Positions 1 through 8,130 of a DNA stretch of 53,572 nt are shown one piece after another. Both the position numbers and the translations under genes were made by a program. The first letter of the stretch is position 1; each line of letters begins with the position of its first letter. The stretch lies in IMG/VR virus record IMGVR_UViG_3300028399_000009, positions 1 to 53,572 of that record; one strand, given 5' to 3'. The notes under the pieces are model-generated. The model ran no database searches. It was given only the letters and a program-made list of their open reading frames with translations, and had not been told where the DNA came from. This DNA comes from a virus (lineage: Duplodnaviria > Caudoviricetes).

Positions 1-135
1 CCTTTTTATTTTTTTTTTTGTTTTCCCACATATAAGAATATTATTATATATTAATTATTTAATAATATTGACAAGGTAATAATATGATATATACTGAAGA
101 TATGAAAAATTTTAAGGAGGTGATTATCATGAGAA
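1..135. repeat. Left copy of terminal direct repeat / circular overlap
   Basis: Matches 53439-53572 except T11 versus T10 in the first homopolymer. Confidence 0.95.
68..95 (+). promoter_or_regulatory. Sigma70-like early promoter
   Basis: TTGACA 68-73, 16 bp spacer, TATACT 90-95; AT-rich upstream element; TATAAG at 31-36. Confidence 0.7.
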
Positions 136-386
136 AAGGAAGGCTTATAATTTTCTATGATGATGCTTTCGTGATTGAGTCCTACGATGTGGAGCTGTCC
201 CCTTCTGGGGACAGCTGGAAGCCCACAAACCCTGATCAGCTTATCTCCCTTTTGTGGGAGATAAGCGATGGCTGGTATTGGGAAATAATAAAAAAAGATA
301 ATAAACATATTTGGGGGGAGGTGGAATTTTATGGGGGAAGTTTATATAGAAACATATCTTTTGATTTTATTATAGAATTTTACTAA
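129..386 (+). CDS. Small early hypothetical protein
   Basis: ORF 84..386; start moved to ATG 129 behind the SD AAGGAGGTGA because ATG 84 lies inside the promoter. Confidence 0.75.
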   Translation: MRKGRLIIFYDDAFVIESYDVELSPSGDSWKPTNPDQLISLLWEISDGWYWEIIKKDNKHIWGEVEFYGGSLYRNISFDFIIEFY

Positions 387-812
387 TCCCCCTCTCCTCT
401 TTTTTTTTACCCATTTACCCTATTTTGAGATTTAGTATCATTACTATATAGTATGTTATCTCCTGTTAATATTATCATATCCATGTAAACACCTGTTTAT
501 TTTTATGACATATATCAGTAAACATATGATTACATAAACAATTGTTTACCTCATATAATCCTTGTATATCAACATATCACGGAATATAATTATATCCTTA
601 TATATTTAACACTTTAATTTTAGGATTTTAAAGGAATGTTAATAGGTTTTTCCTAAGAAAAGTATCCTATATTGATCTATAATTTTAAATTCTCTCTAAC
701 CCTTGTCCCCCAATATGTTTATGAGCTATATTCTTAGTTCTCAGAGATTATCCCTCATATGCAGGTATATAAGATTATCATTATATTATTATATTCAAAA
801 TGTATAAAAGTA

Positions 813-841
813 TTGACAAGATAATATAGAAGTATTATATT
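813..841 (+). promoter_or_regulatory. Sigma70-like early promoter
   Basis: TTGACA 813-818, 17 bp spacer, TATATT 836-841. Confidence 0.7.
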
Positions 842-847
842 ATAGGC

Positions 848-1204
848 ATGGAGGTGAAAGAATTTTATCCCTCCTCCGAAATATGGGGAAGGGTGGAGGA
901 GGGAATAATAAATGAAAGCATATCCTTCGTCTGTATCATCACAGACGAAGGAAAAGAAATAAATATTTGGGGAGAGGATCTCATAGAAAAATATAAAGAT
1001 AAAGATCCCTCCCCAGAAAGTATATACCAATATATTAAGAAAACACATAATATTAAAAAAATAATATATATACAAATAATAGATAATAATCTGGGGGATA
1101 TGTATTATATAAAAGAAAAATATATCCCACAAATAGAAGAAATTTTAAAAGAAAAAATAAGAATTGTTAGGGAGGGGAAAGAAAAATATATAATATTTGA
1201 ATAA
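848..1204 (+). CDS. Small early hypothetical protein, probably leaderless
   Basis: 118-aa ORF; ATG 6 nt after the -10 box with no upstream SD. Confidence 0.7.
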   Translation: MEVKEFYPSSEIWGRVEEGIINESISFVCIITDEGKEINIWGEDLIEKYKDKDPSPESIYQYIKKTHNIKKIIYIQIIDNNLGDMYYIKEKYIPQIEEILKEKIRIVREGKEKYIIFE

Positions 1205-1292
1205 TTTTTAAATCCCTAATAAAAAACCAATAATATTATATTATACTTGCTAACATATAAGAATATTAATATATATTAAAGTATTTAAAGTA

Positions 1293-1322
1293 TTGACAAA
1301 GTATAGACAAGATATATATATT
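1293..1322 (+). promoter_or_regulatory. Sigma70-like early promoter
   Basis: TTGACA 1293-1298 and TATATA/TATATT at 1315-1322; upstream region resembles 28-67. Confidence 0.6.
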
Positions 1323-1342
1323 TATGTTAGGAGGTGTTAGGC

Positions 1343-1432
1343 ATGATGTTGGAGGATCTTATTTTAGTCCTTATTGCTTTACCCTTTCTCCCCATTATCC
1401 TATACGGGCTATCTCTGCTAATCTGGAGATAG
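1343..1432 (+). CDS. 29-aa single-TM peptide MMLEDLILVLIALPFLPIILYGLSLLIWR (not in ORF track)
   Basis: SD AGGAGGTG, own promoter and own terminator; fully hydrophobic core. Confidence 0.7.
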   Translation: MMLEDLILVLIALPFLPIILYGLSLLIWR

Positions 1433-1448
1433 CCCTTTATTTTTTTTT
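1406..1448 (+). terminator. Intrinsic terminator
   Basis: Perfect 10-bp stem GGGCTATCTC / GAGATAGCCC followed by TTTATTTTTTTTT. Confidence 0.85.
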
Positions 1449-1599
1449 ACCTGTTTACCCTTATATTCTTATCATCATGCTATAGTATATCTATATTATT
1501 TTTTTTTATAAAATCTTATAATAACATACTAATATTTTATATATAAACCCTCATAAATAAATAATATATCAGTAAGTATAAATAATATCAGATAAGGAT

Positions 1600-2215
1600 T
1601 TATAAATAATATTATCATGTAAACATTATAAAATATTCTAAACATTTTTGAGATAATATAAACATGTTATATCAGGTTATTTATTTTAACATGTTAAACA
1701 TTTTTATCATGATTTATTTTATTTTTTCTAACATGTTATTTTTATCTTTTTTAATATGTTAATTTTTATTTTTATTTAGTATATTGTTTTTAAATTATTT
1801 AATATATTTATACTTACCATCTCTCTCTAAACCTATTTAACATTATTTTATTAACCATCTCAAACATTTTATATAATTTTTCAATCATATTATTTAACAT
1901 TTCAAACATTATATAATCTTATAATCATGTTTAACATAATATTAGTATGATAATATAAGATTATATGATATAAACCTGTTAATATAATGTTAGTATGTTA
2001 TTATCATATTTTATCATGATTAACATGTTAGGGAAGTTATAAGTTCAGAGATAAGATTTGAGATTACTCCATATCTAATATTTCACATATATAATATTAT
2101 CATGTTAATTGGATCTCATAAGTAAATTTTTAACAATAATATTATCATGATCTAACATGTTAACCTGATATACATGATAATATGTCAGTCATTATTATTA
2201 TCCCTTGTCATGTAG
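1600..2215. repeat. Non-coding array of short CATG-centred palindromes; candidate origin or protein-binding array
   Basis: Repeated TAACATGTTA, ATCATGAT and ATCATGT in very AT-rich, ORF-free DNA. Confidence 0.5.
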
Positions 2216-2389
2216 ATAAATATTAATATTATTAATTATCTATACATACCTTATAATAATATTATATATTCCATTTTTAGACTAATATCATCTAATCATT
2301 ATCTATCAATAACTTCATTACATTTTCTATAAGTATAATTTTATTATTTGTCTATTTACATCATGTCTTGTAGGTATATATTATTTATT

Positions 2390-3298
2390 ATGATGATTAT
2401 TGATGATAGTTATGTTCATGAAGAGAATAACAGGTGTATAGTGGAAGATTTATTCTATACTAAATCTATATCCATGTTGTATGGTAAAGATAAGATGGGT
2501 AAAAGTTATTTAGCATTATATTTATCTGGTTGTATATCAGATGGTAAATATATATTAAACAGATTAAAAGTGTGTGATAATAATAAGGTATTGTATTTTA
2601 ATGGTGAAATGCCTGTTAATATATTAAAAAACAGGATAAATAAATTAATGGATAAATATAATTTTACTTTTAATAATCTTATTGTAGTTAATAAATTTCC
2701 TTTTAAGAGTATAGATGGTATTAAAGAATTTATAAAAATAAAGATAGAACAGTATAAACCTTCATTTGTAGTTATTGATAGTATTTCATTTTATTTCTGG
2801 GATATTAATATTGTTGATAAGATAGATGCTCAGAAATTTATGCAGTTTTTATATGAAATGGCTTTTAATTATGATATACACATATTATTTATAAATCATC
2901 AGAAAAAGACAGATGTGGAATTTATTGGTGATAGGCTAATAGGATCATTATCTACAAATGTTTTTAAAGTTGAAATTGAAAAAGGTAATGTTTATAAATG
3001 TTATCTTGAAAAATCACACATAGGATCAAAATTGTTTATATATTACTGGTTTTTAAAAGATGGAACAATAATTATTAAAGAAAATAAACCTAAATGGAAA
3101 AAGAGTAAAAAAGATGAAATATTAAACATATTAAATGATAATAGGGAAATAAGAGTGAATGATTTATATAACATGATTAAGAATAAAATGGCAAGAGCAA
3201 CATATTATAATATTCTTAAAAAACTTGAAAAAGATGGGATAATAAAAAGAGAAGGATCTACAAGAAATGCAGTTGTAAAATTAATAAAGGAGGTGTAA
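2390..3298 (+). CDS. RepA/AAA_25-type RecA-fold ATPase with C-terminal winged HTH
   Basis: Walker A GKDKMGKS, YFNGEM, Walker B VVIDS, INHQKK; C-terminal RATYYNILKKLEKDGII; ATG 2390 preferred over TTG 2348. Confidence 0.75.
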   Translation: MMIIDDSYVHEENNRCIVEDLFYTKSISMLYGKDKMGKSYLALYLSGCISDGKYILNRLKVCDNNKVLYFNGEMPVNILKNRINKLMDKYNFTFNNLIVVNKFPFKSIDGIKEFIKIKIEQYKPSFVVIDSISFYFWDINIVDKIDAQKFMQFLYEMAFNYDIHILFINHQKKTDVEFIGDRLIGSLSTNVFKVEIEKGNVYKCYLEKSHIGSKLFIYYWFLKDGTIIIKENKPKWKKSKKDEILNILNDNREIRVNDLYNMIKNKMARATYYNILKKLEKDGIIKREGSTRNAVVKLIKEV

Positions 3299-3302
3299 AT
3301 TT

Positions 3303-3578
3303 ATGATCAGGAAATATGTTAAAAAACCTATCCCTGTTGAGGCAGTATTATTAACAGACAGTAATGTTAGTTTTGTTATTGATTGGATTAGGCAACATGG
3401 TTGGGAATGTTACTATGATGAAAGACTGAATAAACTTTATATACAGACATTAGAGGGTTTTATGACTGCTATTCCTGATGCTTACTATGTTGTTAAAGGT
3501 GTAAATAATGAATTTTATCCTGTTTATAAATCTATATTTAACAAAACTTATGAGGAGATAAATAATGGAAGAGATTAA
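3303..3578 (+). CDS. Conserved small phage protein (KKPxxVEA...TLEG...KGVxxEFYP...IFxKTYE; PGDYG-like)
   Basis: Recognisable motif set; SD AAGGAGGTG. Confidence 0.65.
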   Translation: MIRKYVKKPIPVEAVLLTDSNVSFVIDWIRQHGWECYYDERLNKLYIQTLEGFMTAIPDAYYVVKGVNNEFYPVYKSIFNKTYEEINNGRD

Positions 3579-4254
3579 AAAATATGATGAACCTGTAAAT
3601 TATAAACAGTTACCTGATGATGTGAAAAATAAACTTAAAGAAGAAATGTTTTTAATATTCTGTGAGTTAAAAAAAGGTAATCCTGCTATTGATGTTAAAC
3701 CTAAAGATATTGCTGATGAGGTATTAAAAAAATACAATATAGTTATATCTCCTCAAACATTAAAGGCAATATGGAGGATTAATAAATGGGATAAAAAACT
3801 TATGGTTAGTATAGGATCAGGTTTAATTGATGGTGTTAAACAGAGTATTATTGATGAGAATACTAACACTATAAGGCTTAATAATTTTGAGAAAGAATTG
3901 TTTGATAATGTTAAGGTATTTATGGGTAAAAGATTTGGGGAATTACAACATCTTGCAGATAAATTATATTCTGAATTAAACAAACATGATGTATTAAGTA
4001 AAAACTTCTGGAAAGGTTTGAATAACTATCTTGCTATACATGATAAACAGATAAAAATGTTAGAGGTTATAGGTGTTGATAAGATTATGAGTGAAATGAT
4101 AAATAAGGATAGTGGTAATGTTGATATGAATAAGATTATTGAACTGTATGAACTTGCTGAACAGAATGCTAAAATAATAAAAGAAATGATAGAGAGGGAA
4201 GAAGGTAAACTTATATCTGTGGATTATGAAGAGAAGAGGAAAGAAGAAAGTTAA
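3565..4254 (+). CDS. Probable terminase small subunit
   Basis: N-terminal HTH-like region then helical body; upstream of TerL. Confidence 0.45.
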   Translation: MEEIKKYDEPVNYKQLPDDVKNKLKEEMFLIFCELKKGNPAIDVKPKDIADEVLKKYNIVISPQTLKAIWRINKWDKKLMVSIGSGLIDGVKQSIIDENTNTIRLNNFEKELFDNVKVFMGKRFGELQHLADKLYSELNKHDVLSKNFWKGLNNYLAIHDKQIKMLEVIGVDKIMSEMINKDSGNVDMNKIIELYELAEQNAKIIKEMIEREEGKLISVDYEEKRKEES

Positions 4255-4621
4255 AATATTTTTTAGTGATCTTAAACCATTATTTAAAAAGTGTTTAATT
4301 GTTATAGCTGATTACAGTAATGTCATATTTCCTGATAAAAATAATGATGAAAAAGGTTTCATTTATCCTCACAACAGTTTTTATAATGATGATAACATGC
4401 TTGCAACAATAATTATTTATAAAAACAAAATAACTAATATTGATGATTTCTGTATAACCTTACTTCATGAATTAATACACCTGTATTTATACACAAAAAA
4501 TATACATGACCATGATGAAAAATATATTGATCATGAAGCTGAAAGGATATACAGACTTGAGAAAAACAGTATTTTAAAATTTATTAAAAAACATTATAAT
4601 ATTAATTATGCTGTTAGTTAA
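4226..4621 (+). CDS. HExxH zinc metallopeptidase-like protein
   Basis: TLLHELIHLYL followed by HDHDE. Confidence 0.6.
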   Translation: MKRRGKKKVKIFFSDLKPLFKKCLIVIADYSNVIFPDKNNDEKGFIYPHNSFYNDDNMLATIIIYKNKITNIDDFCITLLHELIHLYLYTKNIHDHDEKYIDHEAERIYRLEKNSILKFIKKHYNINYAVS

Positions 4622-6008
4622 TAATGAATTAGACAGATTTATTCTCCAGTTCAGATTATATGAAAAAATGAAAGAAAACCCCTTATTTTTTAATGAATTG
4701 ATATTTAAACATTATTTCTGGAGTAAACAGAAAGAGATTATTTTTGCAATAAAAAACAACAGGAAAGTAGCAGTATATTCATGCCATTCAATAGGTAAAA
4801 CATTCCTTACAGCTTTTATTTTTCACTGGTTCTTACAGACTCATCCTAATTCAACAGTATTAACAGTTTCACCATCATATCAACATCTTATTAATACTGT
4901 CTGGAGGGAAATACATAAACATGCTGATAATGCTGTTGGAAGGCTTGCAGGTGAAAGATATAAGGATCAGTGGGTCATAAGAAGTAAATGGTTTGGGACT
5001 GCTACATCACCTCAACACATGGAAAAACTACAAGGTATGCATAATGATTATGTTCTCATTCTTGTTGATGAGTCATCTAAGGTTGAAGAAGAGATTTTTG
5101 AGGCTATTGAGAGTTTAATGACACAGAGGAAGGCTAAAATGGTTCTTCTTGGTAATCCTATCAGAGCTGAAGGTTATTATTACAGAACACAGTTTGATCC
5201 AACCTTCTATAAAATAAGAGTGTCAGCATTTGATACTCCTAATTTTACGGGTGAAGATATACCTGAACATATAAAAGAATACCTTATATCTCCTGAATGG
5301 GTAGAGGATGCTGAGAAAAAATATGGCAGGGAAAGTAATTATTACAGATCAAGAGTATTAGCCTTATTTCCTGTATCTGATAGTGAACAGCTGTTTTCTT
5401 CAACTGATATTGAATTTTGCATGTCTGATAATGTTCTGAAGGAAAAGAAGATACCTGAAACACCAAGAATTATTACCTGTGATATTGCAACAGAGAAAGG
5501 TGATAGTAATGTTTTTATATTCTGGGAAGGTTATATACAGAAAAAAATATTTGATTTTGGTGGGGTTGATACTATGAAGGTTGTTGGTTATCTCATAAAT
5601 GCCATAAAAGAGTTTTCTCCCTCCTATGTTGTTGTTGACAGCACAGGTGTTGGACAGGGTGTATATGATAGATTAAACGAATTAAAGAGAATGGGTGAAA
5701 TTAATTGTGATGTATATGGTGTTAACTTTAGTGAAAAACCTTTTGATAGTAAGTTTGAGAATATAAAAGCTGAAATGTGGTTCAATCTTGCAACATTTAT
5801 AAGGAATCATGAGGTAAAACTTATTGAGCATGAGAGGTTAAGGATGGATCTACTTGTTCAGGAAGCAACTGTAAACTCTAAAGGACAGATAAGGATGATT
5901 GATAAAAAGAAGATAATACTTAAACTTGGTAGATCTCCTGACTATGGTGATGCTACTGCCCTGAGGTTTGTTCCGAGTTATAAAAAAGCAGGTATATCTG
6001 TTATTTAA
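4608..6008 (+). CDS. terL: Terminase large subunit
   Basis: Walker A HSIGKT, Walker B ILVDE, motif III LLGNP, nuclease motifs CDIA..GDS, VVVDSTGVG and SPDYGDA. Confidence 0.95.
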   Translation: MLLVNNELDRFILQFRLYEKMKENPLFFNELIFKHYFWSKQKEIIFAIKNNRKVAVYSCHSIGKTFLTAFIFHWFLQTHPNSTVLTVSPSYQHLINTVWREIHKHADNAVGRLAGERYKDQWVIRSKWFGTATSPQHMEKLQGMHNDYVLILVDESSKVEEEIFEAIESLMTQRKAKMVLLGNPIRAEGYYYRTQFDPTFYKIRVSAFDTPNFTGEDIPEHIKEYLISPEWVEDAEKKYGRESNYYRSRVLALFPVSDSEQLFSSTDIEFCMSDNVLKEKKIPETPRIITCDIATEKGDSNVFIFWEGYIQKKIFDFGGVDTMKVVGYLINAIKEFSPSYVVVDSTGVGQGVYDRLNELKRMGEINCDVYGVNFSEKPFDSKFENIKAEMWFNLATFIRNHEVKLIEHERLRMDLLVQEATVNSKGQIRMIDKKKIILKLGRSPDYGDATALRFVPSYKKAGISVI

Positions 6009-6040
6009 AAATGTTATATTTTTAATAGAGGTAAGGGAAT

Positions 6041-7348
6041 ATGAGTGAAAAAAAGACAGGTTTCAGTAAGGTAGAGGTTAAAAACTTTTTTGGCAACATA
6101 ATCAACAGGGAAATGTCATTAACAGATATACCCTCTATATCAGCCTTATTTGCCTTATATGGTTATAAGGGTTTAGCTTCTGCCTGTATTGATGTTATTG
6201 CTAATGCTGTTGCAAGTAATGAATGGTATCTTCTTAAACCTAAAAACAAAAGGAAGAAAGGAAGTGCTGACAGTAATGGCAGAATTACAAAAAGCAGAAG
6301 ACCCCTCCCTGATGAGATTGTCAGTGAGGAAGATGATGTCTATAAACTTCTTATGAAACCTAATCCTGTTTTTAATTGGTATGAGCATATACAGTATCAT
6401 CAGGTTTTTATGGAGATTAAAGGGGAAGCATACTGGTATCTTGCAAGAGATGGTCTGAACAGAGTTAGAGAGATATGGTTAATTCCCCCATTTTTTGTTC
6501 AACCTGTAAAATCAACAAATAAAAATGCTCATCCTTATGAGATTGAGAAGTATATAGTTAACACAGTAGCAGGTGCAATAAGTGTTGATCCTGATGATAT
6601 GATTTACTTTAGAAACCCTAATCCCTATAATCCCATAAGAGGTATAGGAACATTAGAGAAGGCTGTTATTGAGAGGGATTTAAATATATTCTCCAAACTG
6701 TATGCAAGAAATTTCTTTAAAAATGGAGGTATCCCTGCAGGAATACTTATTAGTGAACAGAAAATCCCTGAAGACGAACTTGAACAATTGAAAAGGGTTT
6801 GGAGAGATACTTATGGTGGTTTTGAGAATTCATGGAAGGTTGCTTTTCTGTGGGGTGGGTGGAGGTATCAGGAAATAGCTGTTGATCCATCTGCAAGAGA
6901 ATTTATGTCTCTTGGTGAATGGTCAAGAGATGATCTGCTTGCTGTTTTTGGTGTTCCTGCTTCTAAACTTGGGATTGTGAAAGATGTCAACAGGGCTAAT
7001 GCTCTTGTTAATGATATTACATTTGCAAAAGAAACAGTTTTACCAAGGTTAAAGAAACTTGAGAGTAAGATAAATTATGATCTTTTTCCAAAAATAGGTG
7101 CAGATGGTTATTACATAATATTTAAAGATCCTACACCTCAGAATATTGAGATTAACATAAGGAAGCTGAGATATGGTGCTATGTTTGGCATACTAACCCT
7201 TAATGAGGCAAGAGAGCTGATAGGTCTTCCTCCCCTCCCTGATGGTGATAATGTATTTGTCCAACCTCTGAAATCATTTGAGGAATATGAAAATCTTGAA
7301 AGGATTGTTGGAAGACTGCTTGAGGAGGAGAAGGAGTTTGATTACTGA
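6041..7348 (+). CDS. Portal protein, HK97 family
   Basis: GEAYW, FFKNGGIPAG, VFGVPASKLG, LTLNEARELIGLPP; directly after terL. Confidence 0.95.
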   Translation: MSEKKTGFSKVEVKNFFGNIINREMSLTDIPSISALFALYGYKGLASACIDVIANAVASNEWYLLKPKNKRKKGSADSNGRITKSRRPLPDEIVSEEDDVYKLLMKPNPVFNWYEHIQYHQVFMEIKGEAYWYLARDGLNRVREIWLIPPFFVQPVKSTNKNAHPYEIEKYIVNTVAGAISVDPDDMIYFRNPNPYNPIRGIGTLEKAVIERDLNIFSKLYARNFFKNGGIPAGILISEQKIPEDELEQLKRVWRDTYGGFENSWKVAFLWGGWRYQEIAVDPSAREFMSLGEWSRDDLLAVFGVPASKLGIVKDVNRANALVNDITFAKETVLPRLKKLESKINYDLFPKIGADGYYIIFKDPTPQNIEINIRKLRYGAMFGILTLNEARELIGLPPLPDGDNVFVQPLKSFEEYENLERIVGRLLEEEKEFDY

Positions 7349-8069
7349 CAGTAAATCCATCACATACAAAGAGGCTTTTGTCTGGCTGTATTATCACAAC
7401 AGGATATTAAGGATAGCAAGAGGTTTTCAGAATAAACTCAGAGCATACTTTTCAAACATGTATAAATCTTTTATAAAAAACAACTATAAACTTGATAGGG
7501 AAAAATGGTTTAATGAACTTGTGAAGTTATACTCTGAAGAGGTAACAAAAGGTCTGAATCTTGGTCTGGATAGAGCATATAAGGAAATGGATGCTAAGGA
7601 AGTAGGTTTAATTAATAAAAATGAAGTAGAGATTTTATTTGCAAATTTTATAGCATCATTAGGTTATGTTGTCTGTTCATCCATAATGAAAACAACTGAA
7701 AATAAACTTGAAGAGATTATCATATCTTCTAAAGATGATGATGAATTAAAAAATAACATAAACAAATTGTTTGAGAACTGGAAAAGCTGGAGATCAAAAA
7801 CAATAGCAAAAACAGAAACATACAGAGGTTATAATTTTGCATATATAGAAGTAATGAAAATGGCAGGTTATACACATAAAAAATGGTTTACTCCTCCATC
7901 TGAGAGAAATTGTGAGGCTTGTAATAAACTAAATAACAGGATTGTAGGTATAACATCATCATTTGCAGAGCAAGATGAAAGGGAAAGGTTGTGGGATGGT
8001 TATTATCCTCCTGTTCATCCTAATGATGATTGTATGTTATTTGCATTAAAAATAAGAGAAATTTTATGA
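7278..8069 (+). CDS. Minor head morphogenesis protein (SPP1 gp7 / MuF-like)
   Basis: IAKTETYRGYN, CEAC, PPVHPNDDC; true start probably TTG near 7338. Confidence 0.8.
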   Translation: MRNMKILKGLLEDCLRRRRSLITDSKSITYKEAFVWLYYHNRILRIARGFQNKLRAYFSNMYKSFIKNNYKLDREKWFNELVKLYSEEVTKGLNLGLDRAYKEMDAKEVGLINKNEVEILFANFIASLGYVVCSSIMKTTENKLEEIIISSKDDDELKNNINKLFENWKSWRSKTIAKTETYRGYNFAYIEVMKMAGYTHKKWFTPPSERNCEACNKLNNRIVGITSSFAEQDERERLWDGYYPPVHPNDDCMLFALKIREIL

Positions 8070-8130
8070 TATATATTATTAAATGAATGTGGGTATTTTT
8101 GTTTATATTATTTATTAGGAGGGCTAAAGT

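Noticed and set aside
1440-2347. CRISPR mini-array in the long non-coding region
   Set aside because: No 25-40 bp repeat at regular spacing; only short, irregular palindromes.
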